Source: an uncultured archaeon
GTDB lineage: Archaea; Asgardarchaeota; Thorarchaeia; Thorarchaeales; Thorarchaeaceae
Direction: 5' to 3'
DNA: 15,187 nucleotides
Assembly: GCA_964631415.1 (NCBI GenBank)
Contig: CAZVZC010000045.1
Span: 1-15,187 of the forward strand
In this document: in pieces, positions 7,465 to 15,187 of the stretch
Layout of the letters: every line of letters begins with the position of its first letter
Numbering within the stretch: position 1 is the first letter of the stretch
Position numbers and translations under genes: made by a program
Notes under the pieces: generated by a model
Seen by the model: only the letters and a program-made list of their open reading frames with translations
The model's database searches: none
Told to the model about the DNA's origin: nothing

Positions 7465-8070
7465 CTAGATTGGACGTGCATAAGCACCGCAGCCTTGGGC
7501 CACACAGGCGGGCCTGTTTCAGTTCCAGAAACTGACATCATCAATGGAACGATGCAGTTTTACAAATGCCGCTGGTAGGTCGAGGTCGAATCGGTGCGGC
7601 TTCTGCGGTGAACTGCATGAACTTCACTGCGCTGCCCTTTGCATGCCAGCGACAATCGTCCGGGCTGACAGGAAGGATAGAAGCGACGTGGTAATGGACT
7701 TCTGCTTCGAGCCAGCAGATGGCTGGAAGCGGGAGCGGCAGTGATTGGCGCAGACCAAGTGGCGCTGCGAGATGCGTTTGTTTGTGAAGATTCATCATCT
7801 CCCAAGAGTGAAAAGGAGGTTCTGCTAACCATCAGGCGCTCGTCAACACTCTTGCTGTGAAGACACGCTTAATTCGGGAGCAATCAATGGATGAAGCAAC
7901 AGGTAACGGTTCTGTTTGTTATTATTGTGATGATAATGTCTCCTCTGTATGTGGTTTCCTCGATTGTGCCGCACGGCGTTTCTATCTCCATGGACTCGCA
8001 GATGAGTCCTGAATGAATTCCGGAATCAGAAGGTCTAGGTCCACAGAATAAGCCTGATTCTAGAGGTGAC

Positions 8071-8403
8071 TTGGAACTCGATATGATGGCGTTTGCGCCC
8101 ACGTCATCTCAAGAAGACGGCCTATACTTCGTCTGTCGAAGAGGTGTGAGTGCTGTCGCCTATTTCGGAATCTCTGTCGTGCACTATGTAGTCGATGATA
8201 TTCTCTTCACTTTGGAGTTCCCAGGCAGCAGTCTGGTCGCCCCGGAGGGTGAAACGCCCACTGGGTCTGTGACGAACTACTTCTATGGCTCTGAGAGCAG
8301 TCAGTGGAAGACCGGTCTCAGGGACTGCGCTGCGCTAAGGTACAATGAGATCTATCCGGGCATAGATCTTGTCTACAGACTGCAGGACTCGGGGCTCAAG
8401 TAG
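8071..8403 (+). CDS. Fragment of 7891-11088: N-terminal domain of SBBP-repeat proteins
   Basis: TNYFYG....WKTG...LRYNEIYPGIDLVY motif typical of the domain that precedes SBBP propellers. Confidence 0.45.
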   Translation: MELDMMAFAPTSSQEDGLYFVCRRGVSAVAYFGISVVHYVVDDILFTLEFPGSSLVAPEGETPTGSVTNYFYGSESSQWKTGLRDCAALRYNEIYPGIDLVYRLQDSGLK

Positions 8404-8412
8404 GAGTTCGTC

Positions 8413-10134
8413 GTGTCCCCCAATGCTGACCCTGAGCCCATCAGATTGAGATACTCGGATGCAAACCACATCAATGTGGGGGATGATTGGATAGGTGTGA
8501 TTAGGGACGGCCAACAGATACTTGATACCCAGTTGACCGTGTTCCAAGGTACGACTGTGCACACTGAGATAGACTGTGTTTTCTCCGTTGATGCGAGTGA
8601 TACGATCAGATTCACGCTAGGGGAATATGACCACTCTCAGGTACTTGTGATCGACCCGACCATTATTGCATATTCAACCCTTCTCGGAGGGACAGATTAC
8701 GACCACAGTTATGATATCAAAGCAGAGTATGGATATATCTACATAACCGGGAAGACAGTTTCTTCCGATTTTCCGACAGTAAATGCATACAACTCCACAT
8801 TTGGCACCAACTATGATTGCTTCATCACAAAACTTGCACCTGACGGTCAGTCACTTGTCTACAGTACCTTCCTGGGGGGTAATGGCTCAGACTGTGGGAC
8901 TGCACTGTCAGTTTGGCATGGTTTCATCTGGCTCACTGGATATACAGAGTCGCCTGACTTCCCAACAATCAACGGATATTATATGGCATACAACGGAAAC
9001 CGGGACTGCTTTGTGGCATTCCTTCACTGTGATGGACAGTCACTCGTCTGGAGCACTTTCGTAGGAGGTTCGGGTGAGGACTCCAGCAGCGGAATAGGAT
9101 GCTGGCTTGGACACTGCTTTATAGCAGGACAAACGAGCTCTTCAGACTTTCCGACATCAACCTTGGCACTTGACACTACCTTGAACGGCACCATCGACTG
9201 CTTCGTCACGTGTGTACATAGTGAGGGCACGAGCCTTGCCTATAGCACCTATCTTGGAGGAATAGGTGATGACTGGGGAGAAGATATCAGCGTGGATCAG
9301 TACTATGCCTACGTCACTGGATTCACTGAGTCATCAGACTTTCTAACTGTCAACGCCTACGATTCGACATTCAACGGACCATCTGACTGCTTTGTTGCCA
9401 AGGTTTCCACAGCTGGCGAGCTTCTGGTCTTTAGTACCTTCCTCGGAGGTGCAAGCGGCGACAGCGGTCATGGGATTGCAGCATATAACGGTCATGCCTA
9501 CGTGACAGGAGCTACGCAGTCATCTGATTTTCCCACGGTCAACGCTTATGACTCGTCATACAATGGCGGCAATGATGGCTTTGTGACTAAGTTTGCACCT
9601 GATGGTCAGTCACTTGTCTATAGCACACTCATTGGAGGAAATACCACTGACGTCGGTTGGGACATTGCAGTAGAGAACCACTATGCCTACATCACTGGTC
9701 ACACCGAGTCCCCCGATTATCCGCTGTTAGATCCATATGATTCGACGCTGCACGGTTTCTCTGACTGCTTTGTCACCGGACTCGCTACTGATGGTCGATC
9801 GCTTGTCTATAGCACATATGTCGGAGGTATGGATATGGAGACCAGCTATGGCATCGCACTGGAGCATGGCTCCATTTACATCACAGGGAAAAAAGCCTCC
9901 CCGGACTATCCAACGTTTCTTGCATGGGATTCGACATGGAATGGCGGTTACGACTGCTTCGTATCAATACTCTCTGTTAAGAGCGACTCAGATGGTCTCT
10001 CAGACTGGGAGGAGTATGGCTATGGCACTGACCCCTTCTGTATCGACTCAGACATCGACAACTTCATAGATACGTATGAAGTCCTATACGGATCAGACCC
10101 ATTGGACCCGATGTCCTATCCTGCCATGCCGTAG
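8413..10134 (+). CDS. Fragment of 7891-11088: SBBP (seven-bladed beta-propeller) repeat protein
   Basis: Seven repeats of about 60 aa, (Y/W/F)ST.xGG...D....I......YITG.T.S.DFPT...G..DCFV.K...DG.SLV, followed by DSDGLSD..E...GTDP repeats. Confidence 0.6.
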   Translation: MSPNADPEPIRLRYSDANHINVGDDWIGVIRDGQQILDTQLTVFQGTTVHTEIDCVFSVDASDTIRFTLGEYDHSQVLVIDPTIIAYSTLLGGTDYDHSYDIKAEYGYIYITGKTVSSDFPTVNAYNSTFGTNYDCFITKLAPDGQSLVYSTFLGGNGSDCGTALSVWHGFIWLTGYTESPDFPTINGYYMAYNGNRDCFVAFLHCDGQSLVWSTFVGGSGEDSSSGIGCWLGHCFIAGQTSSSDFPTSTLALDTTLNGTIDCFVTCVHSEGTSLAYSTYLGGIGDDWGEDISVDQYYAYVTGFTESSDFLTVNAYDSTFNGPSDCFVAKVSTAGELLVFSTFLGGASGDSGHGIAAYNGHAYVTGATQSSDFPTVNAYDSSYNGGNDGFVTKFAPDGQSLVYSTLIGGNTTDVGWDIAVENHYAYITGHTESPDYPLLDPYDSTLHGFSDCFVTGLATDGRSLVYSTYVGGMDMETSYGIALEHGSIYITGKKASPDYPTFLAWDSTWNGGYDCFVSILSVKSDSDGLSDWEEYGYGTDPFCIDSDIDNFIDTYEVLYGSDPLDPMSYPAMP

Positions 10135-10161
10135 GCATGGTACGATGCGATCTATGAAGAC

Positions 10162-11088
10162 TTGGATGGCAATGTGACTCTCATTCAGAACCTCATTCTG
10201 TGGTGCAATGGGAATGCCACGCGCTTGCATACGGTCATGCAGCAGCTGGATGCAAATGCGACCTTGCTCCAGCAGGTGATTGGTTGGCTTGACGGCAATC
10301 ATACTGCGATTGAGAACCTATTCACTCACCTTGACGGCAATGCAACACAGCTCATGCTGACTGTGAACGCTCTAGATGCAAACTCCACACTGATACAGAA
10401 CCTGCTCACGTGGTCAGCTGGGAATGCTACACTATTGCAGAATGTCATTGAGCAGGTAAGTACTATGGAACCAACTGATCTTAGTCAGGTCATCGCATGG
10501 CTCGACGGGAATCACACCGCGATCCAGACCCTGTTCACCTATGTCGCAGGCAATGCGAGCTTGCTCCTCAATGTTGTCTATCAGCTGGGTGAGAATGCAA
10601 CCAGACTAGAGCTCATCGCTGCACTAGCGAACCAGAACACGGCATGGCTGCAGGCGCTGAACGCCTCGGTGATTGGTGACATCAATGAGATACGAGCCAT
10701 ACTCAATGAGCTTGGAGTGACTGTCGGCGACACTGACTACGATGGACTTGACGACCTCGATGAGATGGCCTATGGGACAGATATCCAGTGCATCGATACG
10801 GATTGTGACAACCTGAACGATGCCTATGAGGTCAAGATTGGCACAGACCCAACGGATGATGACAGCGACAACGATACCTACTACGACGGTGCCGAGGTGT
10901 TGGCAGGGACCGACCCTCTTGACGATCAGGAGTATCCGGGAAGTGGAGGCACCACCACGCCGCTGCCAACCACCGACCAACCAACAGGTCTAGTTGCAAT
11001 CATCCTGATAGGAGTCGGAGGCTGTGCTGGCCTGGTCGTTGTGTTGCTTGTCTTGAAGAGACGGACGGTTTCTAGCGGGTCCTCTTGA
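10162..11088 (+). CDS. Fragment of 7891-11088: coiled-coil repeat stalk, Ca-binding DxDxDG repeats and TM anchor
   Basis: 14-aa LDGNxTL repeats; DTDYDGLDD..E...GTD repeats; T/P linker; TM helix and LKRR tail. Confidence 0.55.
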   Translation: MDGNVTLIQNLILWCNGNATRLHTVMQQLDANATLLQQVIGWLDGNHTAIENLFTHLDGNATQLMLTVNALDANSTLIQNLLTWSAGNATLLQNVIEQVSTMEPTDLSQVIAWLDGNHTAIQTLFTYVAGNASLLLNVVYQLGENATRLELIAALANQNTAWLQALNASVIGDINEIRAILNELGVTVGDTDYDGLDDLDEMAYGTDIQCIDTDCDNLNDAYEVKIGTDPTDDDSDNDTYYDGAEVLAGTDPLDDQEYPGSGGTTTPLPTTDQPTGLVAIILIGVGGCAGLVVVLLVLKRRTVSSGSS

Positions 11089-11321
11089 ACAAGTTAAGGC
11101 AGGGCAGAGGGCGTCATGCCTTCCCGCACCTGCCCGGGTTCCGGCGAGCCGCAGCAGACTTGCCATCGACCCTCAGTTTTGGGAGCTGTCAACTGGGCCC
11201 GTGCATATACCATGACACGTTGGTTGTTGACCGAATAAGGAGAATGGGCTCTGGCGTCAAGGCCGCTCGAACACTGATTGGTCAATGCATTCTTTCTGAG
11301 GTATTGTTGCCACTTGAGTCC

Positions 11322-11669
11322 TTACTTCAGTTCGTCGATCTTCGCCGCCATGATGAAGTCATTGTCGAAGAGTCCTTTGATAGCATGCGTCCAGAGTGTG
11401 AGTGTGACCTTGTTCCACTCGATAAGGATGTCTGGATGATGCCCCTGCTCCTCGGCGATGTCTGCCACGCGATTGACGAATGCCACTGCCGTTTTGAAGC
11501 CTTTGAACTTGAAAGACTTCTGGATCTTGTCAATCCCCTCTTGTTTGATTCTTGTCCAGCTGGGTACGGCTGGCATCATCTCGTTAATTCTTGAATCTGT
11601 CAGTGGCGGCGTTCCGCCACGGCAGGGCACACATTTGAGAGAGGCAAGCTGCTTCCTGTCCTGAGGCAT
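11322..11669 (-). CDS. phhB: Pterin-4-alpha-carbinolamine dehydratase (4a-hydroxytetrahydrobiopterin dehydratase)
   Basis: AEEQGHHPDI, LWTHAIKGL..NDFIMAAKID motifs and N-terminal KCVPC.GG.PPL. ATG 11669 preferred (SD-like GGTGGG upstream); the ORF is open to 11687. Confidence 0.93.
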   Translation of the reverse strand: MPQDRKQLASLKCVPCRGGTPPLTDSRINEMMPAVPSWTRIKQEGIDKIQKSFKFKGFKTAVAFVNRVADIAEEQGHHPDILIEWNKVTLTLWTHAIKGLFDNDFIMAAKIDELK

Positions 11670-11904
11670 GATTGAGATTCCCACCAATAATTGTTCTTTA
11701 CCTGGACTCCTTGGGTCGGCTTATGATTTTTCGCCAAGGGACGTCTGAATCCGCCCAGTCGTAACTCCGTCGCAGTCATCGCAATAGAACAGAATAATGC
11801 TGCTTGGACTTGTCACTTGCGCCGCTGATTTCCATCTTACCCAGATTTGCAGGAGGCCTGCCAAGGAGCGCTTCACTGAGGCGCAAAGGTGCCACGGATT
11901 CTCA

Positions 11905-13257
11905 TCATTTCTTGTTCGGCCTCACGCCTCCCTTGCCAATACACCTGTACTCGAAGCCCTTATCCTCGATACTCTTCCTGTCGAGAGCGTTCCTGCCATC
12001 AACAATAGAGGGCGTCCGCATGACCTTCTTGAGCAAGTCAAGGTCCAAGGTGGAGTACATCCGGTGCTTTGTTACAAGAACAAGGCAGTCGGAGCCCGTT
12101 GCCGCCTCGACAAGGTCGCGCATGATCTCATGCTTGCTGAACTCCCAGTCGCGGACATAGGGATCGTGCAGCCGCACCGTAGCGCCCTTCTTCGTAAGAG
12201 CTGAGAGCAGTGTCGCTGCAGGTGTGTTTCGAGTGTCGTCAGAGTCCTCCAGATATGCGATGCCAAGAATGGTGACAATCGACTCCTGGATTCTTCTGCC
12301 CCTTGTTTCCAAGACGTTCTCAACAAGCTCTGCCATGTGAATCGGCATGTGATTGTTGATCCTTCTGGCCAATGAGATGAACTCGGGCTCAACTCTAGTT
12401 GAGCCGTATTCTCGGACTCCGTACCTGAGAAGCCAGGTGTCCTTCGGCAGGCAGTGCCCGCCAACACCGGCGCCAGGTATGTGCATATGCCGGCTATCCA
12501 GTTCATTCACGAGGGCCCTGACTTCGTACACGTCCACTCCAAGACTCTCACAGACAAGGGCCATCTCGTTAGCGAATGCGATGTTGACATCCCGGTAGGC
12601 GTTCTCGACAGTCTTGGCCAGTTCTGCCGTAATCGCGCTAGTTGTCCGCAGCGGTGCCTTCACAATCTTCGAGTACATCTCCCTTGCCCGTTCTGCAGCC
12701 TTGGGTGTCACACCTCCGACCACACGAGGCAGGTTCACAATGTTGTTTATCAGCTTGCCCGGCATCACGCGCTCATACGAGAAGGTCAATTCAAAGTCGC
12801 TCCCACACTTGTAGCCCGATTCATGTTCTATGATGGGTTTGACTAAGTTCTCGGTGGTTCCTGGGGCGACAGTCGACTCCACAATGACCAGCGCGCCCTT
12901 CTTCATTCTCTCTCCGATGTCGGCACTGACTTCCTTCAGCGACTCGTACTGAGGTACGTGTGACTTGTCTGTCGGCGTCTGGACATCAACAAGGATGGTA
13001 TCAGCAGTTCGAAGCACATCCTTGTCGTCAGTCACTCTGAAAGTGCCCTTCTTGACCACCCTTGACAGCAGTTCGCTGAGGCCCGGCTCATTTCCCTCGA
13101 AGGGCGATTCACCTGCGTTGAGCCTATCGATCTTCCACCCCGACCTCTTCGACCGTCTCTGTAATCCAGTCACATCAAAGCCATCGACGTCTGCCAGAAG
13201 AGCGGCGATTGGGATGCCCACGTATCCCATGCCAATCACGACGACTCTTTTCACCAT
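11905..13257 (-). CDS. wecC: Nucleotide-sugar dehydrogenase (UDP-N-acetyl-D-mannosamine/UDP-GlcNAc 6-dehydrogenase, WecC/TviB-like)
   Basis: GMGYVG Rossmann motif, ESTVAPGTT, ERVMPG, AELAKTVENAYRDVNIAFANE, catalytic GVGGHCLPKD, SDDTRNTP. Exact substrate cannot be determined. Confidence 0.9.
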   Translation of the reverse strand: MVKRVVVIGMGYVGIPIAALLADVDGFDVTGLQRRSKRSGWKIDRLNAGESPFEGNEPGLSELLSRVVKKGTFRVTDDKDVLRTADTILVDVQTPTDKSHVPQYESLKEVSADIGERMKKGALVIVESTVAPGTTENLVKPIIEHESGYKCGSDFELTFSYERVMPGKLINNIVNLPRVVGGVTPKAAERAREMYSKIVKAPLRTTSAITAELAKTVENAYRDVNIAFANEMALVCESLGVDVYEVRALVNELDSRHMHIPGAGVGGHCLPKDTWLLRYGVREYGSTRVEPEFISLARRINNHMPIHMAELVENVLETRGRRIQESIVTILGIAYLEDSDDTRNTPAATLLSALTKKGATVRLHDPYVRDWEFSKHEIMRDLVEAATGSDCLVLVTKHRMYSTLDLDLLKKVMRTPSIVDGRNALDRKSIEDKGFEYRCIGKGGVRPNKK

Positions 13258-13616
13258 TCGATGTTCCTTCTATGCTCGAGCTCTTGGCGCTGAATTCAGG
13301 AGAAAAACATTGTTCTTGGAGTGCGCGTCATGTTCTCACTGAACGTGCTGGTTGCAGCCGCAACAGGTTGGAGGCCTCCCAGTATCATCAGGGTAGCTGT
13401 AATGGCTGGCATGGCGAGTTCTGTCCAATTACTGTGAGTGAAGCAATTCGTACAGCCAGACAACACAGTCGAATCCCTAGAGTCTTGGTTCGAGCGAGGG
13501 CCAGACACTGGGCGCGGGGATGCGGAATCGAAAGCCACGCTGACTCCCAGCAGCCAAACCTATCTTTCCCGGAGCATGGCATCTGCTCATTTCAAAGCAT
13601 GATACAAGCATGCTGG

Positions 13617-15187
13617 CTATGATTCCAGCTTCGACCAAGCGAAGTATGTTACTATGACTACCAAGCCAATCGCAGCACCCACAACTATGCTAGGGTATAC
13701 CACTTGAATCAGGAGCGAGTCAGGCACGTTCGGATTGTGGCCACTGAGATACTCTTGGAGGTTGGTCAGCCCATCACCATCAGGATCGAGTGACGAGTCG
13801 TCGACCAATGGATTGAGGCCGTGGTCAGTTTCCCACCCATCAAGCATTTCGTCTGAATCGGTATCATTGTTCATCGGGTGTGTGCCATTCCCGTACTCAA
13901 AGAGGTTGACTAGGCCGTCATGGTCAGGATCCTCATGACCATCGTTTCGCCCCGGATTCAGGTAGTGTTCGACCTCCCAACCGTCAGGCATCCCGTCAAA
14001 GTCGCTGTCACTCAACCTAGGGTTTGTATGGTAAGTGTTCTGTTCGTCGCCGTCGTCCAGCCCGTCTCCATCCCCGTCAGGATTGAACCGGTCAAGGCCC
14101 AGACGCATCTCTTCTGCATTGGTGAGACCGTCATTATCACTATCAACGTGGAACGCGTTGAACCAAGGCTCCTGACTATCTGGGATGCCGTTTCCTTCGA
14201 GGTCGGTTTCGTAGGCAATCTCGACTTCGATTGAAACTGGACTCCCCCCTGTATTATTGATGAGGAGTCTGTGTAGGCCGAGGTCTTGTGTGTTGAAGGC
14301 CAGAACTCCTGTTCTGTTGGCGACAGATGCAATCGTACTGTTCGTCGCAATCATTGAGCCAAGAGGATCCAGCGCAGTGAACAGTAGTCCATTTCCGCCT
14401 GACCATGACGCCCTTGTGACCACCTCTGTGGGAAGTGTCATTTCTAGAAGGTACTCACGGGTTTCGCCGGGCGAAAGCGTTGTCGAAAACCTTGACTGGG
14501 AGATCTGACCTTGTGTTCGGCTCATAGTAAACGCGATACTGGCGCCAATGCTCGCCACGGTTAGTGCGGCCACGGTGTAATTGTAGAGAGGATTGTCCCA
14601 CGTGTCACTGCTGGTATGGTAGGCGTCGTCGTAAGCAGTGCCACTCTCATGGGCGAATATGTTCCTCTTGTACCCTCTTTGGACGAAGGGATAGTGGTCA
14701 GATTGCCCCCAGTATGGGAACGAGTTGGAAGGCACCGGCCTGATGATTGAGTTCCCGAAGTTGTTGCTCATGCACCTTGTCAACTCTGCCCAGTATCTCG
14801 CATCTTGAAATATCGTCCCCGGGCTCGCCTGATAGACCAACCATGCTCTCTGGTCAGGCGGTGCATATGGGTTCTCAACCAGGAGCATGTCCACATTGAA
14901 GTACACGAGGATGTCGGTTTCATTCTCCATGAACATCGCCGCCACCTCTTCGCTCCCATGCAGGCCGCTCTCTTCATCGTTCCACATGCAGAAGTAGATG
15001 TCGAGGGGCCATTCGTACTGTGAGAGCACGCGAGCGAGTTCGAGGGCCGTCGCCACGCCTGTTGCGTCATCATTTGCCCCTGGAGATACTCCGACACTAT
15101 CCAGATGTCCGCCAATCATAATGGAGGGGCCATCGTGTCCAAGACTGCCGGGCAACTTGCCAACTACGGAGTCAAAGGCGCCAAGAA
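13617..15187 (-). CDS. Membrane-anchored M28 family metallopeptidase with DxDxDG (TSP3-like) repeats; 5'-partial
   Basis: Zn-ligand motifs GHLDS, GANDDATG, DEESG, NVDM, SDHYPF, YHT; then a beta-sandwich, many D.D.DG..D..E repeats and a C-terminal TM helix. The frame stays open to the window edge (LGAFDSVVGKLPGS...). Confidence 0.9.
   Translation of the reverse strand, partial: LGAFDSVVGKLPGSLGHDGPSIMIGGHLDSVGVSPGANDDATGVATALELARVLSQYEWPLDIYFCMWNDEESGLHGSEEVAAMFMENETDILVYFNVDMLLVENPYAPPDQRAWLVYQASPGTIFQDARYWAELTRCMSNNFGNSIIRPVPSNSFPYWGQSDHYPFVQRGYKRNIFAHESGTAYDDAYHTSSDTWDNPLYNYTVAALTVASIGASIAFTMSRTQGQISQSRFSTTLSPGETREYLLEMTLPTEVVTRASWSGGNGLLFTALDPLGSMIATNSTIASVANRTGVLAFNTQDLGLHRLLINNTGGSPVSIEVEIAYETDLEGNGIPDSQEPWFNAFHVDSDNDGLTNAEEMRLGLDRFNPDGDGDGLDDGDEQNTYHTNPRLSDSDFDGMPDGWEVEHYLNPGRNDGHEDPDHDGLVNLFEYGNGTHPMNNDTDSDEMLDGWETDHGLNPLVDDSSLDPDGDGLTNLQEYLSGHNPNVPDSLLIQVVYPSIVVGAAIGLVVIVTYFAWSKLES

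Larger units (their letters stand above)
7891..11088 (+). pseudogene. Large membrane-anchored surface protein (signal peptide, SBBP-associated N-domain, 7 SBBP beta-propeller repeats, DxDxDG repeats, coiled-coil stalk, TM) split by 3 in-frame stops
   Basis: ATG 7891 (MKQQVTVLFVIIVMIMSPLYVV, signal-like) and ORFs 8071, 8413 and 10162 are all in one frame. The only interruptions are TGA 8014-8016, TAG 8401-8403 (GLK*EFVVSPNADP, a position usually Tyr) and TAG 10132-10134. 1066 codons, no frameshift. Confidence 0.8.

Noticed and set aside
7544-7744. Cys/His-rich 66-aa ORF (CGFC...HELHC) as a zinc finger
   Set aside because: No SD or family pattern, and overlapping ORFs of similar size exist on the other strand, so coding status is unsupported.
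7891-11088. Genome-wide stop-codon reassignment
   Set aside because: TAG, TGA and TAA all terminate apparently full-length genes in this window.
11102-11135. GC-rich hairpin after the SBBP gene as a SECIS or terminator
   Set aside because: No GAA/A or AUGA-GA core and no U-tract; function unsupported.
13296-13538. 80-aa minus-strand ORF with hydrophobic patch AITATLMILGGLQ
   Set aside because: Could be another relic, but there is no recognisable motif or start signal.
401-15115. Remaining antisense and alternate-frame ORFs in the track (e.g. 401-841, 5515-5892, 11085-11594, 11797-12204)
   Set aside because: They overlap well-supported genes and lack recognisable motifs; treated as shadow ORFs.
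1-15187. CRISPR array, rRNA, tRNA, transposase, integrase or reverse transcriptase
   Set aside because: No regularly spaced nucleotide repeats or diagnostic motifs seen; the repeats present are protein-level.

Overview
Archaeal-looking accessory region. The GGTG-type SD motifs, TTG starts and C-terminally anchored surface proteins resemble Asgard/Thorarchaeia, but that assignment is inference. Intact genes: a PP-loop tRNA thiouridylase-like protein, a cysteine hydrolase, a beta-propeller/Ig-repeat surface protein, a VOC protein, a DUF2283/DUF4258 toxin-antitoxin-like pair, a small beta-rich protein, a pterin-carbinolamine dehydratase, a UDP-sugar dehydrogenase (WecC-like) and a 5'-partial membrane-anchored M28 peptidase. 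Reading outside the ORF track shows: (1) a truncated 5' fragment of an RNA 2',3'-cyclic phosphodiesterase (thpR) ending at an imperfect direct repeat that recurs at the end of the next gene; (2) one 3.2-kb surface-protein reading frame (7891-11088) broken only by three in-frame stops (TGA, TAG, TAG), both TAGs at hairpin loops, and containing a 14-residue N-x-T coiled-coil repeat stalk; (3) a second gene with an in-frame TAA; (4) two orphan membrane-anchor relics. Decay of a surface-protein island is the simplest reading. Stop-codon recoding or editing is a testable alternative.
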